From Amoeboradix gromovi X-113 (lineage: Eukaryota; Fungi; Sanchytriomycota), in assembly GCA_018985225.1 (NCBI GenBank), contig JADGIF010000181.1:1-15731 (forward strand): a stretch of DNA of 15,731 bases. The letters run 5' to 3'. The notes below the pieces were generated by a model. That model was not told the DNA's origin, ran no database searches, and saw nothing but the letters and a program-made list of their open reading frames with translations. The translations under genes were made by a program, and so were the position numbers. Below, piece after piece: positions 1 through 8,828 of this stretch; the first letter of the stretch is position 1; each line of letters begins with the position of its first letter.

Positions 1-279
1 TTCTCGATTTTCTCGGAAATCAGGACTTTTAACGAGGAGAAGAAATGAAGTAGAAATAAACAATCTTTAGTAATAAAATAAGGGTTCTTCTGTAAAACCC
101 AATTAGCATAGTTTAACACTATGCCCAAGCTTTACCTGGCAAGACTTCTGATGAATAGCATTAAATAGAACATTATCATTTTAGAAAAATCGCCAAACTT
201 GACATTTTTATGGTTTGGATTTAATTTGAAACTACTTCAGTTATTTTTGAAATTAAAATAGGAGTGGCCTATTCTAAGT

Positions 280-1848
280 ATGGCTAAAAAATTCACCAAT
301 GTTGGCAACTATCAGTTGCAGAAAACCATTGGAGAGGGTAATTTTGCAAAAGTTAGGCTGGGAATTCACTTATTAACAAAGCAGCAAGTAGCAGTGAAAA
401 TAATAGACAAATCCAAAACAGATAGAGCTACCTTGAACAAGCTAACTAGGGAGATAAGAGCGATGAAGGGCTTGATACATCCTAATATTGTTAAGCTGTA
501 TGAAGTAATTGACCATCCTACACACGTATTTTTGGTGATGGAGTATTGCTCTGGTGGTGCCCTGTATGACTATATTACAGCAGCTCATGGTAGGATGAAA
601 GAAAAGGAAGCGAGAACGTATTTTCGGGAGATAGTTTTTGCAGTAGAATACTGCCATAATAAATCTGTAATTCATAGAGATTTAAAACTAGAAAACCTCT
701 TGTTAGACCACAAAATGCATGTAAAAGTGGCAGACTTTGGTTTCACTAACATGTTCAAAAAAGATCAAAAGCTGATGACTTGGTGTGGTTCTCCGCCATA
801 TGCAGCCCCTGAACTGTTCATAGGAAAACCTTATACTGGTCCAGAAGTCGATGTATGGAGTTTAGGGGTAGTATTATTCGTACTGCTCTGTGGTGCTCTG
901 CCTTTTGATGGTGACACTCTAGGGAAAGTGAGAACTCAAGTTCTACAGGGTAAAATAAAAATGCCATACTATATCTCAAGTGATTCAGAAGACTTGATTC
1001 GCAAAATTCTCGTAGTGGATGTGGAATCTAGATACAAGATAAGCGATATTGTTTCTCACAAATGGTTTAAAGATGGATTTAATGTCAAAGAAGAAAGGGA
1101 CAAGAATATAAAATCACAGTCACTAAATGATCAATTTGCTGTGAAAGCTGCTCAGGACTGCCTCGGATTTGGAATCACTTCAGAAAAGCTGAAGACTAGT
1201 TTAGAAAATAAAGCTTTTGACGAGGTGTTTGCCACCTATCAGTTGCTCTTGGAAAAACATGCCGCTAGTAATTTTTCTGCTTCACTAGCAAATTCAAATT
1301 TGGTCCAAGATACCATAAACTCTAGAAATCTTGGGGACGTGGTTAAACAGAGACCTCGTGCTAAAACTAGTCCTCTTCTACCGCAACAAAAGGTCCTTAA
1401 TAGCGTAAATACTTTGGATATTCAGTTGAAATTACAGAATCTTGACTTCCGACCAGCTGGATTTGAATTTGATATGGAATTAAAACAACAGGAACCCAGT
1501 GTAAATCGTTCAACAATAGAAAGTTTAGACACGGCTCGTAAATTTAACTTTGCTACCTCGCCAACAGACTTCGTAAACGCATCTATCTTGACTGAAACCC
1601 TTCAAAGATCATTAGGATATCTAAAAATTCCGTATAAGCAAACTGGTTACATATATCATTGCACTTTAAGAAACTTAGAATTTGACGTAGAAATATGCAA
1701 GATATTTGGAGATAACAATTATAGTCTTCGCCACAACTTGGCTCTCGGAAATGTATCGGAATACAAAAAGTGCTGCCATGAGATTCTTGAGAATTTGAAA
1801 GTTTTAAAAATAAAGCATGTTATTTTTAGTTTATATCTTTGTGGTTGA
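280..1848 (+). CDS. AMPK-related Ser/Thr kinase (SIK/MARK-like) with probable UBA and C-terminal KA1 domain
   Basis: 522-aa ORF with GEGNFAKV, VAVKII, HRDLKLEN, DFG, TWCGSPPYAAPELF and DVWSLGVVL. UBA-like segment (FGITSEKLKTSLENKAFDEVFATYQLL). KA1-like end (LEFDVEICKI...GNVSEYKKCCHEILENLKV). Confidence 0.95.
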   Translation: MAKKFTNVGNYQLQKTIGEGNFAKVRLGIHLLTKQQVAVKIIDKSKTDRATLNKLTREIRAMKGLIHPNIVKLYEVIDHPTHVFLVMEYCSGGALYDYITAAHGRMKEKEARTYFREIVFAVEYCHNKSVIHRDLKLENLLLDHKMHVKVADFGFTNMFKKDQKLMTWCGSPPYAAPELFIGKPYTGPEVDVWSLGVVLFVLLCGALPFDGDTLGKVRTQVLQGKIKMPYYISSDSEDLIRKILVVDVESRYKISDIVSHKWFKDGFNVKEERDKNIKSQSLNDQFAVKAAQDCLGFGITSEKLKTSLENKAFDEVFATYQLLLEKHAASNFSASLANSNLVQDTINSRNLGDVVKQRPRAKTSPLLPQQKVLNSVNTLDIQLKLQNLDFRPAGFEFDMELKQQEPSVNRSTIESLDTARKFNFATSPTDFVNASILTETLQRSLGYLKIPYKQTGYIYHCTLRNLEFDVEICKIFGDNNYSLRHNLALGNVSEYKKCCHEILENLKVLKIKHVIFSLYLCG

Positions 1849-2922
1849 TACTTGTTCGATATATGGCATAATGTTTTCTTTGATCATCTGAAGTACCTCA
1901 TAATGTACTTTGTCAATTATTATGATTTGCTCCTCCGGTGATTTGCTATTCAGTACAATCGTTTTCAATTCATGAGGGATGTTTAATTCGTATAACGATC
2001 CGTATCCAATAAACAGAGATACCATGTTATCAAAATCAGCGGTACCCTGTTTGTACTCTTTATATTTGTCAACGAAAAAAGAGATTTCTTCGCAGAGAAA
2101 GCGCTTGCAGAGTACCCGTATTCTTTCGTCTAATTCAAGATCTAAAGAGACCCTGTTCTTTTTGATACTTAAGTTATTTCGCAGCACAACCTTATGCTTT
2201 AATATCATTAGCATTGGAAAGTACAAAATAAACGACAGATTGATCAAACAAGATATGTAAACAATAGTTGGTAAAATAGTCCCGAACAAAATAAAAGAGA
2301 GGGAAAACAGGATAAAAGATGAAAAAGAGTATCCGATAAGCTCGTAGCTCATTCCTATTTGATCAAATGCTCTCATGTAAATAATTTTAATTGCAAACGC
2401 AAATTGCAAAAGCGTAGATGCCATTGAAACTACAGCAGGGAATAATAATGTCACGAAATTGCAAGGTTGGTTACGTAGTGGCCCTGGTCTGCTCCAATCA
2501 TCATTAACTATAAAATAGCTAAATGAGTTTATCCATGATCCTATAATTAGTACTGCGACAACCCAAAAAAAATTCTTTTTAATTAAATTATTGTTTCTCC
2601 AAAACAATTTCCTCAGGGTATACTTGCTCGTTGATTTTATCAAATACCCATAAAGATAAGATATCCTGCAAATCGTTAACACTATCGATAAACTCGCAGC
2701 AGGCCCATATATTACACATGACACGTAACACGGTATGTATTTGCTTACTTCTTCATTGCTTTCCAAGTTGTTTATTAAACATGAAAAAATTGTTGAAATG
2801 GCTTCAATGTAAACCATTTTCGGTAATCTGTTAATTATCAGAATTGAACTCCTATTTGCATAAAACATCGTAATTCCTATAGTCGCGTATAAAATTACTA
2901 TAACAGAATTTCCTATAAACAT
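1831..2922 (-). CDS. Seven-transmembrane protein fused to a C-terminal RGS domain (7TM-RGS)
   Basis: Seven hydrophobic stretches in aa ~5-241, with Cys at the start of TM3 (IPCY) and in ECL2 (QPCNF). The C-terminus has RGS-box-like motifs LCKRFLCEEISFF, FIGYGSLYELNIP and IDKVHYEVLQMIKENIMPYI. The start codon may lie further upstream (2967). Confidence 0.8.
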   Translation of the reverse strand: MFIGNSVIVILYATIGITMFYANRSSILIINRLPKMVYIEAISTIFSCLINNLESNEEVSKYIPCYVSCVIYGPAASLSIVLTICRISYLYGYLIKSTSKYTLRKLFWRNNNLIKKNFFWVVAVLIIGSWINSFSYFIVNDDWSRPGPLRNQPCNFVTLLFPAVVSMASTLLQFAFAIKIIYMRAFDQIGMSYELIGYSFSSFILFSLSFILFGTILPTIVYISCLINLSFILYFPMLMILKHKVVLRNNLSIKKNRVSLDLELDERIRVLCKRFLCEEISFFVDKYKEYKQGTADFDNMVSLFIGYGSLYELNIPHELKTIVLNSKSPEEQIIIIDKVHYEVLQMIKENIMPYIEQVSTTKI

Positions 2923-2989
2923 GGTTGTTGTGGCTTGATATGTGAGATTACCAAATTAACCTATCATGATGGGTACAAAAATATCTAAT

Positions 2990-5900
2990 TTATTTTGGTT
3001 TCATTGATAGCAAATAGAGTCGCTGAATGGCATCTTCAGCAGTTGTTTTAATTATTATGTGCTCCGAGTTATTGTCCAAACACTGAATCTCTTTTCCTTT
3101 TATTATTTGTTCTAATGCGCCATGTTCTACATTTCTAACTTCTATAAAATCTCCATCAAAAGCTAATATGTAAGGCATGTGAAAGGAGAATTGTCTTGGT
3201 TGACCTTCCCAGTATATTATGAAATCTTTTTTTGCTCTTTTACCTGATTTGTCCACATAAAATGCAAACTCTAAGTTAACAATAATGACCATTGTAGCAA
3301 AGCAGAAAGAACCCAAATGCTCTATAAAGTGCTATAGGCTGCAGGTGATCTACTTTAATAGCAAATCCCAAATCTTCATCCTCAGGATCCAGCAGGCCTT
3401 GTGTCAAAAGTGATTCTAAATCAACAATTTCAAATCCTCTGGTACAACCAACGCATAGTTTTGTCTTCAAAAAATGAATGTTAGTAGATTCACTGGGTAT
3501 ATATAACTCTCTGTAAAGCTTTACTGAGTCATTTTGAGTTTTAAAGAATTTTGAAATTCCTTTTTGACTATTGAGCTCTGTAGGTTCATAAGCCTTAATC
3601 GTGCTGCTAAGTGAGGTCGATTTCACCACACATACTAATGGTCTACTCCCACTAATACCTGTTTTAAAGAAGGAAACGTGTGCTGATAACTTTTTACAGC
3701 TAGTTAGTGTTAAAAGGGAAAATTCCATGGTCATTTTCAGCGGCAATTCAGATAGACCGATGCAATAAACAGTCTTATCTACCATGAATACAAGTTGCGA
3801 GCTAATTATTTCAATTTGTGTAACTAAATCGCATAACAAACATTGCGCCACAGTCAAAGTTTCACTTTGTTTACAATTTATAAGAGAATCCAACACTGTC
3901 TCGCTAGTATTATTTAGCAACAGCAATGGCTCACTTTTGGCCCTAGTATGGAAATATCCGATATAGATTCCATCAATGCAACCCATTAAGAGTATGTCAT
4001 TATACAAATGAGCACAGTATATTATTCCGTTGTTGTCCACATTAAGCATAGTAGAATCCACAACTTGGTTCATATCTTTTTTGATTTGCTTTTGCTGTTG
4101 CAAAATTGCATCTATCCATGACTTCTTGTCGGCTATACTTGCACAAATAAATGTCAGATGGTTGCTATGGTGGCCTAGATATGAAATTGTAAACTCTAAT
4201 TCGCTCTCTGTACTCTGCTCAAGCATCAGATCATTTAAAGATGTTCTACTACTCTTCTCATCTACAAGACTGGTGGTATTTGCTATTTTGTCCTTTTCCT
4301 CATCCCTCATGATAAAGTCATCGTCTCCAATTATAAAATCATTGACTTTCTTACCAACGGGATCTAACAGGTCATCATTTAAATCAATCAGGTTGATCAT
4401 TGATTCACGTTTAACTTTATTTATCTCATCCTCGATAGAGTTGTGAAGTTCTGTTGAAATATGAACTGCTTTTGTTGCGTCCGCATCAGACTGCCTTCGT
4501 AATTCACTAGGTATCTTGTCTAGTTCATGTTCCACCGCATGTTCTGCACTAATTGAATCGATTTCCAGTTTATCTAATTTATCACCGCTACTGTTTCTGC
4601 TAAATAATACATCCATACTATGCCTACTATTAGTCCGTTTGAACGATCTTTTGCTTATTAAATTGTTGTACTTTCTAACAATTCCCTGTTTGTCATCCAT
4701 GTTTCTTCTGGCAATATTAAGCCATCTACTAGCACCAACAATACCAGAAATAGACAGAGAGTTGTGCAGTATGTCAATCAGTGGCAGCAATAGGGGTCTA
4801 CCTGATATTTTAAACTTCAATTTCTTTCTTCTTAATACTACAAAACAGTTTGCAAGCAATAACACATGTATTTGTTCAATCTCATTATTAGTTCTCCTCT
4901 TCAAAGGGCCTTGTCTAATTAGCAGCTGATTCGGATTATTTAGTTGCAAATTAAACGTTTTAAATGATTCCAAAATATTATCTTTTAAATTCTGCAATTG
5001 CACTCTATTTTCTGATATCCCGCTGTTATGGTTAACTTTGAACATGATATCCTTGATAATGTCCATGCATCTGTTATAGTTGATATGCTCAATGAATGGG
5101 TCAAAATCTGGTTCAACATGAATGTGAAACTCGGTCTCAAGGCACGAATGAACTCTGCAAGCTTTAGTTGCACTTTTAGGCATGGGCAGAGGGTTTAAAC
5201 ATTTCTTGCAAATAGTACCCATTAACAAAGAATATCTGGCTAGCCTAGTAGTACATCTGTTCAGCCACGACTGCAGTTCTAATCTACGGGATAAATCATG
5301 TTTCTCGCATTGCTGGATTAGTAATGGATTGTTAACCTTCATTAAGTCTAGTTTGTGTTTATTGAAAGGTAATTGTTGAGCTAAATGGGTATAATATTGT
5401 GACGTCAATGGGAAATAGTAGTTAAAAATGTCAGCAATATGAATTTTGAAATCATTTGACGTATAGTTTTTAAATCTGAACACGATCAATAAATACATGT
5501 ACATATGAATAACCCTTAGCATCCTAACATCATTTATTTCGAACAAGCTGTCATCATTATTGCTGGATGACAGTATTTCATGAAAGACTTCAATAGAGAA
5601 CAAATCCTTGATATAATCCAGCTCAGTACTAAGTAGCTCATTAATGAAAACATTATTTGTAGAGCACAGAATGTTTGATAATTGGGAATGTATTTGAATA
5701 ATTTGCTCGAAGGAATATTCAAAAAGGAACAATTCATTGTAACCAATGGGAGGGAATAAACCACGATTAGGAGAAATTTTGAAAGGGCAGGTGCATGAGT
5801 AGCAGGCGTAATACTGATTAGCTTCTCCTGCTATGAATATACTGTTTTCAATAGGAAGAGATTTGACGCATGTGCAAGACATGCAGTTTAATAGATTGAT

Positions 5901-6110
5901 TATTAGTCCAGAAGTATTTATAAAATATTGCATAGGAATAACCTGCCCGTTGTCTAATAAATAGGGATAAAATTCGCGAAGAATCAATAAAGCTAATGAT
6001 CTATGCATTGGAACTAATTGGCATAAAATTGTTATCATAGAATGTCCAGATAATACTCTTTGTTGATGTAGATGCTGCTGCAAAATCAACGGATATAATT
6101 GGGAGAGCAT
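2990..6110 (-). CDS. ROM1/ROM2-like Rho guanine-nucleotide exchange factor (DEP remnant-DH-PH-CNH); two exons, 6110-3290 and 3270-2990, 1033 aa
   Basis: DH motifs INELLSTELDYIKDL and RRLELQSWLNRCTTRLARYSLL. Split PH (LIRQGPLKR...RPLLLPLI...FTISYLG...KKSWIDAI). CNH (LYIPSESTNIHFLKTKLCVGCTRGFEIVDL...FLLCYNEFAFYVDKSG...PYILAFDGDFIEVRNVE). Joining ORFs 3276..6113 and 2990..3316 across a 19-nt intron gives 3102 nt in frame. Confidence 0.9.
3271..3289 (-). other. 19-nt spliceosomal intron (GTCATTATTGTTAACTTAG), phase 1
   Basis: GT...AG ends, an in-frame TAA, and a branchpoint-like TTAAC directly before TTAG. Removal yields AAT G|AG TTT GCA, restoring the ROM-family CNH motif FLLCYNEFAFYV. Confidence 0.85.
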
Positions 6111-6887
6111 CAAGGAGTGAAAAATGGTTTTGCTTTACCTGAATTGAATTCAAAATCAAAAGAATTTATGGAATAAAACTAATCAGAGATTGAAGGCAAG
6201 TTAAAGGACAGAAAATATCAGCATGAATTGTAGTAATGTTATTTCTGTAAAACATTTAGTAAGAGTTTCTAAAATTTTAATTCGTTTATTCTGACACATT
6301 TGGAGGATATATCTACGCATAATATGGGACCACCCACTGCAAAAATTAGACTATATTTTCTTAACAGAAGAGCTCATACTTCATCACCTAATGGTTAGGA
6401 GAAATAGTTTTTGCTCCCATTTTCTATTTCTTTTGCCAGCCTTTTCTTACATCATTGCTCAGTATACATTTGATGATTTGAAGATCGTTTTAGCACACAT
6501 TACCACTTCAGTTCACGACTATAGTCCAATAGACTTGGTCATCTACGTGATCGCCGAAAGCTCTTATACTTGCCATCATTCCAATAGCAACTGAGACAGT
6601 CCTTCGATGTTCAAAACTCAGAAATAGTCACAATTTAGCGTCTTTCTACCAAGCGCATACACTGGATTCTTTTTCAGCGTATCTAATGGTCCTTTCTGCT
6701 GGGATTATAAATATCATAACAAGATTAACTCTACTTTGCTTTGTTTATGTCATCATATAATATAGTTGCATCCAATGTCTTTCACAGAGGTTTGAGCACC
6801 GGTCTATCGGGGGTTTGCAAATGTCATAACCTAGGATCTCTATAGTTTTTGTCATCCATTTTTACCCCGGGTTTACTTTTACAGAGA

Positions 6888-7805
6888 ATGTCCCATGTGT
6901 TGAGGTTAGCGAGCTTAGGTATTGGATACCTGGCTATTGTGTGTATTGGCCACATCGGACAGATTCTTTCTCTAGCCGTCTATTGGAACTACTCTCTATT
7001 CTATAGAATTAACAGCAGAATTGTTGGGTTCTTATGGGGACTAGCGCAGCTGATATTCGAGCGAATAAATGGTGCTAAAGTAACATTTTCTAGTAATGTT
7101 GGCTCATTTAACAGTGATGGCAGCAGTGGGTTCATAATGTGTAACCATTTGAGTTATTCAGACTGGTATTTGTTACATGCGTTTGCAATTCGTGCAAATA
7201 TTTTAGGTTATTTGCGATATTTTGCAAAAGACGCTCTTAAATATGTTCCACTATTTGGTTGGGGAATGTGGATTATGGGAATGATATTTGTTAAGCGTAA
7301 TAATGGTGACATTGCATTGATTCAAAAGCAATTCGCCCAATTTGAGAAATGCAAAGATCCTGTTTATATCGTTAGCTTCCTTGAAGGCACTCGTAAAAGC
7401 CCTTTAAAATTGAAGCAGTCTCAAGAATATTGCAAGACTAGAAATCTTCCTGTTCTCAAAAATCTGTTATTTCCTCGCTATAAAGGGTTTATTAGCACTG
7501 TGCAGGCATTGAGGTCTAAAGGGCTTGATAAGATTTATGACTTAACTATTGGTTACTATCATATACCTACTCAAACTGTTAATGAGATAATTCCACTAAT
7601 CCATACACTGAACTCTCGAAATCCTAAAGAATGGAGATTCCATGTGCACTTTAAGGAATACCTGGTTTCTGATTTGCCTGCTGATGATTTGCAATTGAAA
7701 GAATGGGTTATACAGCGATTTATTGAAAAGGATGAATTGATTTCTCAATGGTGCATAAAATTTCCAGACGAATCCACGGGGGCTAAAGAGCTGAAATTCT
7801 TCTGA
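6888..7805 (+). CDS. Lysophospholipid acyltransferase, PlsC superfamily (LCLAT1/AGPAT3-5/Cst26-like)
   Basis: Catalytic NHLSYSD (HX4D), FAKDALKYVPLFGWGM, IFVKR, FLEGTR, LLFPRYKGF and IYDLTIGY. First ATG is at 6888 (the ORF track starts at an upstream TTG at 6849). Confidence 0.92.
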   Translation: MSHVLRLASLGIGYLAIVCIGHIGQILSLAVYWNYSLFYRINSRIVGFLWGLAQLIFERINGAKVTFSSNVGSFNSDGSSGFIMCNHLSYSDWYLLHAFAIRANILGYLRYFAKDALKYVPLFGWGMWIMGMIFVKRNNGDIALIQKQFAQFEKCKDPVYIVSFLEGTRKSPLKLKQSQEYCKTRNLPVLKNLLFPRYKGFISTVQALRSKGLDKIYDLTIGYYHIPTQTVNEIIPLIHTLNSRNPKEWRFHVHFKEYLVSDLPADDLQLKEWVIQRFIEKDELISQWCIKFPDESTGAKELKFF

Positions 7806-7814
7806 ATAATAAAT

Positions 7815-8828
7815 TTATTGCGTAGTATATATATGAATCATTTTATCCATTCCTCCACTTGCAATCATATGCTCAGTTGGGTGGCAATCAACACACAAAA
7901 TCACTCCGTCGTGTGATTTAATCTCTTGAACTATTTGCTTCGATTGAAGGTTCCAGATGAGAATGCGAGCATCTTCGCTTCCAGACACAATGTATTTCCC
8001 ACCAGTAATTGAAAAGGTAGCATAAACGCAATATTTTTCATTCTTATGACCAGAATAGGTTTTCAAACATTTACCATTGTAAAAGTTCCAAAGCTGAAGC
8101 TGACTATCCAAAGTGCAGCTGAGTATGTACTTTCCATTTGGACTAAATTTGACAAAACTTACAGGAGAGCTTGATTCGTTTACAAGGGTCTTAATACATT
8201 GACCTGTTGAAACATCCCATACTCTTACTAACTGGTCATAACTTCCACTAACTAGTAAAGTACCATCTCGATTGAAATTAATTCCAGTAACAGGATCGCT
8301 ATGGGCTGGGAGAGTCTTCAAACATTCACCCTTTTCAGAGTCCCAAATTCTAATGGTTTCGTCAAAGCTACCGCTTGCAATGTAATTACCTTGTGGGGCA
8401 TAATTAACACAAAACACATAATGCGTGTGACCTCGGAGGATTTTAGAGGCTTGCAAAGATTCAGTATGAGTGGGTTCAAAAATACCATATATGCGGACAG
8501 TTTTATCATCAGATGCACTGCATAAATTGGAACTGTTTGGATGCCAATCGACGTCACTAATTCCTTGTGTATGGCCTTCCAATGTTTTAAATAGTGTGCC
8601 GTCAGTAGAATTCCACACCCTGATAGTCTTGTCCGAGGAAGAACTCGCAATCCATTTACCATCGGGACTGAACTTAACCGCACTAACAGATTTCTTATGA
8701 CCAGATAGTTTGAATTTGAAAGCATAATTTGGCGACGGTTCTAATTCCTCGATTTTCGATTTTTTGGATTCATTTACTTGCGGAGCTGTGCGCAAACTTC
8801 CTAATGGACTGTTTTTCTCTAATGTCAT
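7815..8828 (-). CDS. WDR5: WD40-repeat protein WDR5/Swd3 (COMPASS H3K4 methyltransferase subunit)
   Basis: Seven WD40 repeats with WDR5-typical strings: [78 protein letters not shown] and [10 protein letters not shown]. Confidence 0.93.
   Translation of the reverse strand: MTLEKNSPLGSLRTAPQVNESKKSKIEELEPSPNYAFKFKLSGHKKSVSAVKFSPDGKWIASSSSDKTIRVWNSTDGTLFKTLEGHTQGISDVDWHPNSSNLCSASDDKTVRIYGIFEPTHTESLQASKILRGHTHYVFCVNYAPQGNYIASGSFDETIRIWDSEKGECLKTLPAHSDPVTGINFNRDGTLLVSGSYDQLVRVWDVSTGQCIKTLVNESSSPVSFVKFSPNGKYILSCTLDSQLQLWNFYNGKCLKTYSGHKNEKYCVYATFSITGGKYIVSGSEDARILIWNLQSKQIVQEIKSHDGVILCVDCHPTEHMIASGGMDKMIHIYTTQ

Noticed and set aside
1801-1829. 29-nt GT..AG near the kinase 3' end
   Set aside because: Splicing gives no better KA1 terminus and lengthens the overlap with the neighbouring gene.
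3784-5764. Several short ORFs within the RhoGEF (similar ones occur inside the kinase, 7TM-RGS, WDR5 and the TEs)
   Set aside because: Antisense or alternate-frame shadows of well-supported coding regions, with no recognisable motifs.
6391-6594. 67-aa ORF containing HDYSPIDLV, faintly like the Tc1/mariner SPDLNPIE motif
   Set aside because: No other DDE motifs or terminal inverted repeats were seen, so the resemblance is too weak.
8411-8490. Extra residues in WDR5 ([17 protein letters not shown]) as a possible in-frame mini-intron
   Set aside because: The GT..AG option seen is 36 nt and would make the WD repeat too short; there is no stop codon, so a loop insertion is more likely.
280-8828. 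Non-standard genetic code (TAA/TAG read as Gln, as in some aphelids)
   Set aside because: Host genes are long and open in the standard code, and WDR5, the RhoGEF and the 7TM-RGS end at TAA at sensible positions. Internal stops occur in frameshifted or decayed relics.
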